DNA from: Azolla caroliniana
Taxonomy: Eukaryota; Plantae; Polypodiophyta
Assembly (NCBI GenBank): GCA_043228905.1
Contig: JBHGNT010000017.1
Coordinates: 18,786,001-18,850,000, forward strand
Length of the DNA: 64,000 nt
Reading direction: 5' to 3'
In this document: in pieces, positions 50,401 to 63,070 of the stretch
How positions within the stretch are numbered: the stretch's first letter is position 1
Layout: each line of letters opens with the position of its first letter
Position numbers and translations under genes: made by a program
Notes under the pieces: model-generated
What the model was told of the DNA's origin: nothing
Database searches by the model: none
What the model saw: the letters and a program-made list of their open reading frames with translations, nothing else

Positions 50401-52911
50401 CACCATGGACATGACAACAGTCATGTCATGATTCGAACTCTTGACCTCTTGTATTATAATAAATTGTTATGTTTTAACCAACACATCCAATACATGGTAA
50501 TATTGTTGTAGTAGATTATTAGAGGTTATCTATTCCACGCGTTAGGAGATTTTAGAAGCTTGTAGAAAGCTCCAGAAGCTTGTGCATGTAAATGAGTCTC
50601 TGCATGGAACTACTTTTCGAGCCCACAAACATGTATAAATACATGGGTTCGCCTTGACCCTAGTCAAGGTGAACAACGCCAGTTACGAAATTCAATATTC
50701 TGCTTGTTTATCTCTTGCTTCCTTGCTTCTCTCTCTCTCTCTAATTATCTTACCTTTCATCTAGCTCTGTTATGCTCTACTCTATCTGTCTGTGAAAGTT
50801 TGTTCACCTTCTATCTCCAAAGCTTGATGATGTCAAATTCTACCGAGAGCATAAATCAACTATTGGAAGCCATGCATAAACTCCAACTTGAAAATGAGAA
50901 TCTTCAGGAATCTCTCCAGAAACTCCAAGCTAGGACTCCAATGGAACTGGAGAATGAAATAACCAAGTCCCCTCCTACATCAAGGAATCTCCTATCTATA
51001 GAGTATGGTCCCTCGTCAATCCTCGCTCCAATTCCTCTTCACCCCACTTCAACTATAGAACCCAATGTCAGTTTACCTGACAAGTTTGATGGCACAAGGG
51101 CGCAATTCCGGGGCAACGATTTGGATGAAACGTTCATTCGTAAACACAACTTTCTAGTTGTCTGATTGCCAAAGCCTATCCAAGTAGAAGCTATTGATGG
51201 GCAAATGCTCTCCTTTGGCGTAGTCACCGAAACCATAGTCCCCCTCATTTTGCAGCTCGGGAGCCACCAATAGGCCTTATTATTTTACCTCATCACTTCA
51301 TCGAGATATCCAAACATAGTTGAGTTGTCTTGGCTGAAACCCAATAACCCTGTTATAGATCGGCACAACCACTCGTGTACTTTCAACCACCAACTCACAT
51401 GGAGGTTGGAGTGGCTTCCCATGTTACGCGTCAGAATGGCCTAGATCATTTTTTGTCGAGCACTCCTTCATTCAAGTAGGCAATGGTTCCAACTTGGAAG
51501 CTCATACCCCCGTCACAACACACTCCATATCAATGGGCACTAACTCAGAGTCGAGTACCCTAGCTTTGGTTCCCATGAAAACCAATATGGACTCGCTTCC
51601 ATCCAAATATGGTGACTTTGCTTATGTGTACGAGAAGAAGAATGTAGATCACTTACCGGAGCATTGATCATATGATTGTCCAATCGATCTGCAGGAAGGC
51701 ACCTCAGGGCTTCATCCAACCATCTAAGTCACCAGCTGGGGCCCCATCTTGTTTATGAAGAAAAAAGGATGGATCATTGCGCCAGTGTGTGTATTATTGT
51801 GGCCTCAATAAAATCACGATATGTAATCACTACCCTTTACCGTTAATCTTAGAACTCCTCAATTGCCTTCATAGTGCACGTGTCTTCTCCAAGATGGACT
51901 TGCGGGGGCATACAACTTAGTTCGGATTAAACCTGGTGATGAATGGAAGACAACATTTCGTACACGACACAAACACTTCAAGTAGAAGGTAATGCCTTTC
52001 GGACTCACCAATGCGCCATTTGTTTTTCAACATATGATGAACGACATATTTTGAGAATACCTTGATCACTTTGTCGTTATCTACCTTGATGACATTCTTG
52101 TCTTCTCATCGAGCATTGAAGAGCATACTCACTACGTTCAATTGATTCTCTTCACACTCAAGGAGCATGGCATGTATGCCAAGAGAGAAAAATGTGAGTT
52201 TGATCGCAATTCCATAGAATTTCTTGGTTATGTTATCTCACCCCAAGGCATCACCATGGATCCAAGGAAAATCACGATTATCCAAGAATGGGCCACTCCA
52301 AAACGAGTAAAGGATGTCCAATCGTTCCTTGGTTTTGCGAATTTCTATCGGTGATTTATCAAGGGGTTCTCCTATTGAATACGAGCTTCTAATGGACGTA
52401 TTCACATTGTCTCCTTTGTACACACTAGGCTTAGGCTACTTATGTAAATAGTGAGAAGGGCAGTTGCCCTAAGTCAGTCAGTATATAAACTGACTTTGTA
52501 ACCTTAAGTTATACAGGGGTTGTTCCTTGTGGCTATTGTAATATATTCCGACATGTGCCTAACTGTTTCTCTCTCTCTCTAACGCACCAATTACATTCCT
52601 GTTTTTTTGTCTATGTTGCCATCAATCCATTGTGATCTTGTATCTACTTAAGATCTTCCACTAGAGGACTGTTGATCTTGTTCCGCATTAGATGATGATG
52701 CTCCCAACATATGGTATCAGAGCGAGGTTTTATTTGATTCTGCCGCCGCCATCTATCTAACCTCCATCGACAACTCTTCTCCTATACACCTTGAAGATCT
52801 CGATTGGCAACTCCTCGTGAAATCACATTTGACGAAGAGAGACAACTCAAGGTTTGCACTCCACTATTCGAAATCACTCTTGAAGCTACATACCGTGCCT
52901 CAGTCGGTTAG

Positions 52912-53195
52912 TGTTAGGAATCGATGCTTCGATTCACCTTCACCACTCGGCCACAACCAAGTAATCGCGAATCAATGTAGCAGAAAATAGGAACCACACG
53001 AGAGAAACACACGAATACACAGGGATTAACGTGGAAAACCCTAGATGGGAAAAACCACGGGAGTACAAGACTCCAAACCAACACTATACAAAGAGAAGTA
53101 TACAATGGCGAGCTGCAAGGCGACGACCTTGAGCTCGCTGTCCTCGCCACAGGCGGCGGAAATACACAGAGGCGTCGTCCTCTTCCTCTCTCACG

Positions 53196-53232
<37 letters not shown>

Positions 53233-56200
53233 GGCTGCTCCCTCTTCACTCCTCTTGAGTGGAAAAACAGAAAAATGATAAGCAACACTACAACAGTTTG
53301 CCCTAAGTCATATTTATACTTATATGACTTTGGGTTATTTACAACTGTAGCCTCAGGGGGCCCATAGCGAACATATTCACGGATATGTCCCTGCATCCGG
53401 ATCGCTCTCCGGGTACATTCGTCATCCGGTACCGAAACCGGGGTCTTCGTCATCCGGATCCGAAACCGAAACCGGGCTTGTCGGCATTCATCTCCGATAT
53501 CCGACCATCCCATGCGAAGGGACCCTAATCCCAACAAACTCCCCCTTCACTTCGGCATGGGATGTCTCTCCAATCCGATCCTCTTCCGGCATGCTTCCAG
53601 CTTGTCCGGTGTGAGGACCTTGGTCAGCATATCCGACCCGTTCTCGTCCGTGTGGATCTTTGTCAGCACGAACTCCTTGTCTTCTATCCTTTCCCGGATC
53701 CAGTGATATCTTCGCTGGATGTGCTTCGTCCGGGAGTGATAGGCCGCGTTCTTCGCAAGGTGGATTGCACTCTGACTGTCGCAGTAGAGTCGGTACTCCT
53801 CCTGTCGGATACCAAGCTCTCTAATGAAGTCCTTCATCCATATTATTTCCTTGCCGGCTTCAACAGCCGCCATGTACTCCGCCTCCGTGGTTGACAGCGC
53901 AACCGTCTTCTGCAGCCTCGACTGCCATGAAACAGCTCCCCCTGCATACGTCATCACATACCCTGATGTGGACCGGCTGGTATCTGCATCAGCCGACATA
54001 TCCGAATCGGTAAAGCCGTCGAGTTCGGGCTTTCCGGAGCCGAATCGGAGGCACACATTTGCCGTGCCCTTCAGGTATCGGAGTATCCACTTGGCCGCGT
54101 TCCAATGCTCTTTGCCGGGATTGCTCATGTACCGGCTCACCACTCCGACTGCATATCCTATGTCCGGTCTCGTACACACCATGGCGTACATCAAGCTCCC
54201 GACGGCTGAGGCATACGGCACTTTCATCATATCCTCCTTTTCAGCCTTTGTCTTGGGGCTTTGCTTGCTGGACAGCTTGCAGTTTGTCGGGAGGGTCGAT
54301 CCGACCGGTCTTGCTTCCGACATGTTGAACCGTTTAAGCACCTTTGTCACGTACTTCTCTTGTGACAGCCACAACTGCTTCTTGCTCCGGTCCCGGATGA
54401 TGTGCATCCCTAGTATTTGTCTCGCCGGACCCAGGTCCTTCATTGAGAAGGTTCGGTGAAGAGCCTTCTTCAGCATCCGGATCTTGACCTGGTCCCGTCC
54501 GACGATCAACATGTCGTCCACGTACAGGAGGAGTATTAGAAAATCTCCTCCTTCGAACTTCTTCACAAACACGCAGTGGTCGGACTGCGTTTTGAGGTAC
54601 CCTTCGTCGGTCATGAAGGAGTCGAACTTCCGGTACCATTGCCGGGGAGCCTGCTTCAGTCCGTAAAGGCTCTTCTTCAACCGGCATACCAGGTGCTCCT
54701 TCCCTTTCTTCTCGAATCCTTCCGGTTGCTGCATGTAGATCTCTTCTTCGAGGTCACCGTGAAGGAATGCCGTCTTCACGTCCATCTGTTCTACCTCGAG
54801 GTCCATGCTTGCCGCTATGCTCAGCACTGTCCGGATGGAGGTCATCTTCACTACCGGGGCAAATATCTCGTCGAAGTCGACGCCCTTCTTCTGCTGAAAC
54901 CCCTTCACCACTATCCTGGCTTTGTATCTCGGGGGTTTTCCGGCATCTCCCGGTTTCAGCTTGAACACCCACTTGTTTCGAAGTGCCCGCTTTCCTTTCG
55001 GCAACTCCACAAGTTCATATGTGTGGTTCTCATGCAGGGAATCCATCTCGTCCTGCATGGCACTCAACCACCTGCGGCTCTGGGTGTCATGCTTCGCTTC
55101 CTCAAAGCTCTCCGGCTCCCCCTCGTCGGTTAGCAACACGTGCTCTGGTTCCGGAAATCTCCGGGGGGCCCTTCTCTCTCTTTGAGGGTATCTCCGTTTC
55201 GGAGCTTCGGTAACCGGTTCTTCCGATTCTTCTTCTTCATCCGAATCCATTTCGGGATCGGGGCCGGTTCCGGTATCATTTTCATCTTCTTCGGCCGGTT
55301 CTGTTTCTTCACCGTCTTCGGCCGGGTCCTCGAGTGCTAACCGGTCCCTTGCCGGTCGGGACTGCTCCTCGTAGAGTTGATCCTCACCGGTCGACTTGAA
55401 GCTCTTCATCTTCTTCTCCGACTCCCAGTCGGCGAGTGTCTTGTCCTCCATGAAGATGATGTCTCGACTCCTGACCATCTTCTTGTCGACCGGGTCCCAT
55501 ACTCGGTAGCCGAACTCATCGTCGCCGTAACCGAGGAATATGCATGGCCGGGTCTTTGGATCTAGCTTTCCTCTCCGGTCCTTTGCCACATGCACGTATG
55601 CGAGACACCCGAATACCTTCAGATGCCGGTAGGATACTTCCCTACCGGTCCACACTCTCTGCGGCGTGTCTCCGTCCAAAGGTACTGAGGGTGATCGGTT
55701 TATCACATATGTCGCCGTCGACATTGCCTCAGCCCAAAACCCCTTGGGTAATTTCGCATGTGCCAGCATACTCCGAACCCTCTCCATTATGGTCCGGTTC
55801 ATCCTCTCGGCCAGCCCGTTCAGTTCCGGCGTCATCGGCACAGTAAACTCGAGCCGGATTCCCTTCGAGCGACAGTACTCCTGGAACTGCCCCCGGTATT
55901 CCCCTCCGTTATCCGCTCGTATCGCTTTCAGCTTCTTGCCGGATTCCCTTTCCACTCTCGCGTGGAGTTCTTTGAAGACGCACAACACTTGGTCCTTTGT
56001 CTTCATCGGTGCCGTCCACAGTTTTCGGCTATGATCATCGATGAATGTTACGAAGTACTGGGCTCCGCCATGTGACATCGTTTCTACCTGACACACGTCA
56101 GTGTGCACCAACTCCAATGGTGCGCTACGTCTCGTCGGTGGCCTTGAGTGGAAGGAGGTTCGGTTCTGCTTACCGGCCAGGCAATCGGTGCACTTCTCCA

Positions 56201-58271
56201 GGTGCACATGCTTCACTGGGATAAGGTTGTCTTCTGCAAGCCTCTTCATCCCCTTCTCACTCATGTGGCACAGTCTCTTGTGCCACAGCTCACCGGCAGT
56301 GTCGGCTGCCACATTCAGCTCTTCCGGACATAACCGGGCATTCATCAGGTACAGTGTGTTGACTTTCCGGGCCCGAGCCATTATCAGGCTCCCCTTGCTG
56401 AACTTCATTACGCCGTTCCGGATGCTACCTGTGTAGCCTTCATCGTCTAGCCTCCCGGCCGAAATCAGGTTCAATCGAACCTCCGGAACGTGTCAGACAT
56501 CCTTCAGCAGCATTTTGCATCCAGTCGGGGTTGTCAACCACACGTCTCCTATGCCGGCAATCCGGCACGTACCTTCATTTCCCATCCGAACACAGCCATG
56601 CTCGCCGGCTGTGTAGGATGAGAAGTATCTTCTCTCCGGGGTCAGGTGGAACGATGCTCCGGAATCGACCACCCAGGTCGTCTCATCGCCGGCAATGTTT
56701 AGTTCACCTTCTTCGGTGATGAGCATGATCTCCTCTTCACTTGCCGCGAGTGCCGTCGTTCCTTTCCGGTCCTGTCCTCGCCGATCCGAACCATTCCGGT
56801 CCGTGGCTCCCCGGTATGCACCGTTTCTCTCCGGTGACTTCTTCGAATCGGTGTTGTCGGTTCCATTGTCTTTTCGGTAATGCCGACAATTCTTTCGGAA
56901 GTGCCCCGGCTTCCCACAGTGGAAGCATGTGGGTCTTCCTCTTGACTGCGACCGGGTCCCCGACTTCTCCCGTCTTTGCGGACTCCGGTTCCATTGTCTT
57001 CCCCGATCCGATTCGGTAAACAACATCTTCGGGTCGGAGGCCGGTTCCTTATCTCTCCGACGCGCTTCTTCATTCAAAATACTTGTCTTTACCGTTTGTA
57101 AGGACAAGTTATCTTCGGTGCAGGAGGTGCTGAGAGTCACCACCAAGTTCTCCCAGCTTTCTGGCAATGTACACATCAGGATGATGGCTTGCATTGCATC
57201 CTCCAACGGGAACTTAATCGCCGCAAGCTGGTTCACGAATCCCATGAACGTGCTTACGTGTTCAACCATACTCTCGCCGTCCCGGTACTTGAGGTTCACT
57301 ATCTTCCTCATCAGGGAGGTCCGGTTCAACGCATTCTTCCTCTCGTAGAGGCCCGACAGCTTCTTCCACATCTCATATGCGTTGGTGTCGTTCGCCACAT
57401 GTTGTAGGACGCTTACATCGACATATTGTCGGATCGTCGCTACGGCTTTCCGGTTCAGGAGCTTCCACTCCGACTCAAGTACCCCCTTCGGTATTTCCGA
57501 CCTGTCAATCGGTTCGTACAGGTCCCGAACAATCAGAAGATCCTCCATCTTGATCTTCCAGTCGGCGTAATTCTGTGCATTCAGCACCATCATCCCCGGC
57601 TGCCCGCTGCCGCCGCCTTCCATTTTCTGCAATAGTCGCTCTGATACCAGTTTGTTAGGAATCGATGCTTCGATTCACCTTCACCACTCGGCCACAACCA
57701 AGTAATCGCGAATCAATGTAGCAGAAAATAGGAACCACACGAGAGAAACACACGAATACACAGGGATTAACGTGGAAAACCCTAGATGGGAAAAACCACG
57801 GGAGTACAAGACTCCAAACCAACACTATACAAAGAGAAGTATACAATGGCGAGCTGCAAGGCGACGACCTTGAGCTCGCTGTCCTCGCCACAGGCGGCGG
57901 AAATACACAGAGGCGTCGTCCTCTTCCTCTCTCACGCTCTATCTCTCTCTCTCTCTCTCTCTCTCACGGCTGCTCCCTCTTCACTCCTCTTGAGTGGAAA
58001 AACAGAAAAATGATAAGCAACACTACAACAGTTTGCCCTAAGTCATATTTATACTTATATGACTTTGGGTTATTTACAACTGTAGCCTCAGGGGGCCCAT
58101 AGCGAACATATTCACGGATATGTCCCTGCATCCGGATCGCTCTCCGGGTACATTCGTCATCCGGTACCGAAACCGGGGTCTTCGTCATCCGGATCCGAAA
58201 CCGAAACCGGGCTTGTCGGCATTCATCTCCGATATCCGACCATCCCATGCGAAGGGACCGTAATCCCAACA
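52912..58271 (-). mobile_element. Ty1/copia D (Tork/Tnt1-like), very recent insertion into the 5' UTR of copia C
   Basis: LTRs 57653-58271 and 52912-53536 differ by eye only in (CT)n length and one substitution; TSD GTTAG at 52907-52911 and 58272-58276; PBS 57638-57649; PPT 53537-53547. Confidence 0.98.
53547..57623 (-). CDS. Gag-pol polyprotein of copia D, intact except one in-frame TGA at 56493-56495
   Basis: ORFs 56493-57632 and 53547-56474 are in the same frame, separated by TGA-HVPEVR; CCHC knuckle, DSGA protease, integrase, RT YVDD and RNase H all complete. Confidence 0.93.
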
Positions 58272-58613
58272 GTTAGGGGGAAATCGAATAGTTCATCTGA
58301 CGCTATCCCCTCACTCACCGTAACCACTCGAAGCAAACACGACTCCAGGGGCAACCCCAATCTGTGTTTCATCCGGTTGAACGACTTTCGGGAGGACCAA
58401 TTGGCTCCGTCCCTATCATCGGTGCAGTTACCCGAAATAGGATCGGCCTGGAGAATCACACATAATCCGTGTTGGGAAATCTCAGAAAATCGATATTCGA
58501 AACCGACACGACTTGTGGCCAACTCCAACTAAAACGACATCGAGTGAGCTTGGCTGCTGCATTCCACCACAATTCGTAGCTAACTACGAACAAAGTCTAT
58601 CAAACCAACATAG

Positions 58614-61600
58614 ATGTCATCAACATCCGGCTCATCAGAAATGAGTCTAAGGAAGTTTGATGGATCGAACTTCAACTTCTGGAAGAAGCAAATGCATGAC
58701 TATTTAATAGTCAAGGGACAAATTGACCCCATTGAGAATGAAGACCCTCCAGAAGAATACAAGTTGCTTGAATGGGAAAAGCTCGACAGAATCGTTCGAG
58801 CCACCATTCGAATGCACCTATCGGAGTCGGTGTACTTCACAGTGCAATCGTGCTCGACTGCCTTCCAAATGTGGAAGACACTTTCGAACACTTATGAAAA
58901 GAAGGTCGTCGTCACCAAGATATACCTGATTCAACGCCTTTATAACATTCAGATGAAAGAGTTCGGCTTGGTCCAAGCACACCTTAACGAGTACGAAAGC
59001 TTAAGCTCCCAAATTGCAGCCTAAGGGACGACTATCGAGGATGAACTAAAAGCAATGCTGCTTATGAGCAGTCTCCCTCCTTCTTGGGAAACTTTCGTTA
59101 CAACCATGTGCAATGCGTCGACAACTGCCGTCAAGTACTCCTCAATCACGAATGTAATTCTAACTGAAGCATCTCGGAGAAAATCGTTTGCAAATGATTA
59201 AGCCAACAATGCCTATGTAGTACAAGGTTCGACTGACCGATCGAATAGCCGTGGAAGAGGTTCTTCACGGTAGTCGAACAATCAACGAAGTCGGAGCAAG
59301 TCCTAGGATAATTGAGTCTGCAACTACTGCAAGAAACCCGAACACATCAAAGCCAATTGCCGTGCACTCAAGGCAAAAAACGATAAGGCTCAACAAGCCG
59401 ATCAGAAGAGTGGTCGACACGAGGAGATCAACTACGTCGGCTCTACAACCAAAGTATTATCAAACGACCCGAACATACTATCAATTGAGAAGCCAATCAA
59501 ACCAGAAGTTCTGCTCACGATAGAAGAATTGAGCACATGGCTTTTAGATTCAGGTGCGTCCTTTCATGTGACTCCTCATCGATCCCAATTCTGGCAATAC
59601 ACGGCCTGACATTCTGACTTAGTTCAAGTTGGAAGTTTGCAACAATGCGACATAATTGGAATTGGCACGGTAGAGTTCAACCTTGCGGGTGGCTCTACAT
59701 TAGTACTATGCAATGTCCGACATGTACCTAAGCTCTCCAGACCACTGATCTCAATCGAAAAATTGGATGAAGAAGATATTTGTGCTGGCTTCTCATGAGG
59801 AGGGTGGACACTCCACAGGGGGAACCTCTTGCTTGCTCGAGGGCCGAAGATACACTTATTGTATCCTTTGCACTTCACACTTAGAGAGGGTGACCTGTTT
59901 CTAGTTGACATCCCCGAGTCATCACTATGGCATGGACGACTCAGACACCTCAACAAGACCAGCATCACACACTTATCTAGAGCCGGATACATCCCCAAAC
60001 TCTCCTTCTCAGATCATCAGTTCTGCAAGCATTGTCAATACGGCAAACAAACAGCCATGACACACCCGTCATCCACCCCGAGAAAATCGAGTCCACTCGA
60101 TTTGGTCCACTCATACGTCTGTGGTCCTATGCCACATTAGTCTCTTGACGGCGCTTTGTACTTTGTCAAGTTCATTGACGACTCAACTCGGAAGGTGTCG
60201 GTTTATCCGATCAAAAAAACCAAAGATCGAGTGTTCTCGATCTTCTCTGATTGGCTCGCTATGGTTGAGAATTGTTAAGAATTAGGTAATTAACTACGGG
60301 TTAACTAGTACCTAATTATGTGATTAAGCTAAGAGGAAGATTATGTGATATGTGTGTGTATGTGTGTGAGAGGAAGAGAGAGAGGAAGATACACTTATGA
60401 ACAACACAAGATGGGGGATGATAAATTCTATATTAAATTAGCAATATCATCATCAAATACAAAAATACCCACAATGAGGTATATATACATCTCATGTGCA
60501 AAGGTGCACATGTGTGAGTAGAATATAGGTACTAAGGTGTAAGTCCTATATTAAATGTACTTAGGAGTTGAGGATCTAGAATATTCCACTTAAGTACAAG
60601 GTCCTATTTAAGGCGTTATAATCAACACTCCTAACTAGATTCTATTTAGGTAACTACAAAGTTATATGGTTGACTAAATAACTAAACTAAGTTGAGCTTG
60701 ATCTCTCAACAAGAACCAGTCTGGCCGAAAACTGAAGTGTGTTCGAACTGATAACAGGGGAGAGTTCAAATAAGAGGAATTCGTTAGATTTTGCCGACAA
60801 CGAGGCATAAGACGTGAATTTACGGCACCCCTCAATCCGGAGCAAAATGGAGTTGCCAAGCAAATGAATCAGACAATTCAAGAAAGGATAGTTTCCATGC
60901 TCCAACACTCTGAATTGTCGAATGGCTTCTAGGTACAGGCCCTACTTACAACAGTACACATAATCAATATGTCGCCGAGTAGGCCTCACGGACTTCGGAT
61001 CCCTCAGGAATTATGAACCGGTAGTAAGCCGAATTACGACAAGCTTAGGATTTTCGGATGCGAGGCGTACGCCCTCATCCCGAAAGATGATCACCGCAAA
61101 CTTGCACCAAGGTCCAAGAAATGTATTTTCCTCGATTATGGACCCGATGGCGAAATTAGTCGAGCATAGACAAATTGTTTGAAGTTCGGACATCGTGTTC
61201 AACGAGTCAACCATGCATCAATTAGTCGAAAAACCGATTGAAGTCCGAAGGGTAATTTTCTCCGATGTGCCAACCCTTCACGAAGGCCCAACTCACAACA
61301 TGTGGTCAGCTTCACGGGTAGCTTAAACCTCTAACACTGACTCGGCAATGTCAGACACCACATCCAAATGACTCGGCTTTGGACCATCCGACCACAACAC
61401 TTGATGCGACCAGTCCAATCATACCTCAATGATCCGAGAGACTGTCGCAACCCCCGGAGACATACTCTCATGGTATCTTCTTTATGGACGTCGGAGAACC
61501 GATGTCATATGAAGAAGCGTCGGCATCAGCCGACTCGGCCACCTGGCATCTGGCAATGGAATCCGAAATGAACTCCATTCATGCATACAACACATGGGGC

Positions 61601-63070
61601 TTGGTCGAATTACCGATGAATCAACATTATCTTCCGTGTAAGTGGGTCTATCGAGTTAAGGAGACGTCTGATTCGGCCACCTCAAAATTCAAGGCCAGAT
61701 TACTAGCAAAGGGTTTTCAATAGGAATATGGCGTCGACTTCAACGAAATTTTTTCACTAGTGGTGAAAATGACCACCCTTCGCTTTATGCTCGGCGTAGT
61801 GGCAGCCGAGATTTGGAGCTGATTCATCTAGATGTCAAAACGGCTTTCCTGCATGGTGATCTTGAGGAGGAAATTTATATGGAGCGGCCGAAAGGCTTCG
61901 TGGTATCTGGCCAAGAACATCTAGTTTGCCGACTCAGGAAGAGTCTTTACGGCCTGAAATAGACACCGCAACAGTGGTACAAGAAGTTCGATGACTTCAT
62001 CCAATCGATCGGCTTCTCAAAGAGCGATGAGGACCACTGTCTCTTCACGAAAACACCTCGGGATGGATCACCCATCTTCCTCATCATCTACGTGAGCGAC
62101 ATGCTCATCTCAAGTCACCATGCCGGAGAACTCATCGAACTTGTTCAAAAACTGCAATTGAAGTTTTCCATGAAGGACCTTGGTCCGACTCAACACATTC
62201 TTGGCATGAAAATAAGTCGGAATCGAAATCGAAGACAATTGTTTCTGTTTCAATCCGACTATATTGGATGTGTCTTGGAATGCTTCAACATGCAATCGGC
62301 AAAATCTGCTTCAACCCTGCTCCCTATTAGTATTTGACTGTCTCAGCGAGACTACCCCGCATCCAGTACAGAGGGGGAGATTATGAAGTTGGTACCGTAT
62401 GCACCAGTAGTAGGCTCCTTGATGTACGCGATGGTTGCAACATGGCCTAACATTGCTCACGCCGTTGGAGTTGTCAGCAGATTTATGCACAATCCTGGCC
62501 GATCGCATTGGAACGCAGTCAAGCATGTGTTCAAATATCTGGTGGGCACAAAAGACCTTGGTATTTTATTCGGCCCAAACGACATCTCAGGCGTAGTCAG
62601 ATACACCGACTCGGACTTTGCAGGTTGCATAGACAGCCATAGATCAACAACCAGATATTGTTTTAAACTTGGAAATGGAGTGATCTCATGGAAATTGAAA
62701 CTTCAGGAGTGCACCGCCACATCTACGATAGAGGCCGAATACGTAACCGCATCTGATGTGGCAAACGAGGCCCTATGGCATAGTCAGTTGGCCTACACAT
62801 TTTGATAAGCTGAAATCGGCTCGGCTCCAATTGTTTAGAGTGAAAGTCATGGTGTTGTTACGCTGTCGAAAAATCCGGTTCATCACAACGCCTCTAAGCA
62901 TATTGATGTTCGATATCATTTCGTTTGGGACTGTGTCATTTTAGGGAAAATCGGCCTTGAGAAGGTACCTACAACCGATAACGTTGCAGATGTAATGACC
63001 AAGTGTCTCTTAGTGGATCGATCTCGATGCCTTTGGCATCGAATGGACGTAATGAAGAATTAGTCCGATT
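58614..63070 (+). pseudogene. Disrupted gag-pol of copia C
   Basis: Collinear with copia A; many stops and frameshifts; integrase interrupted by a solo LTR. Confidence 0.9.
60273..60711. mobile_element. Solo LTR inserted in the integrase of copia C
   Basis: TGTTAAGA...TCTCAACA; TSD AGAAT/AGAAC; the integrase reading MVEN|QSGRKLK resumes across it; ends and GT/GA tract resemble the LTR at 48933-49296. Confidence 0.9.

Noticed and set aside
53562-57635. Many long antisense ORFs over copia D
   Set aside because: Expected shadow ORFs of a GC-rich intact coding sequence; no recognisable domains.
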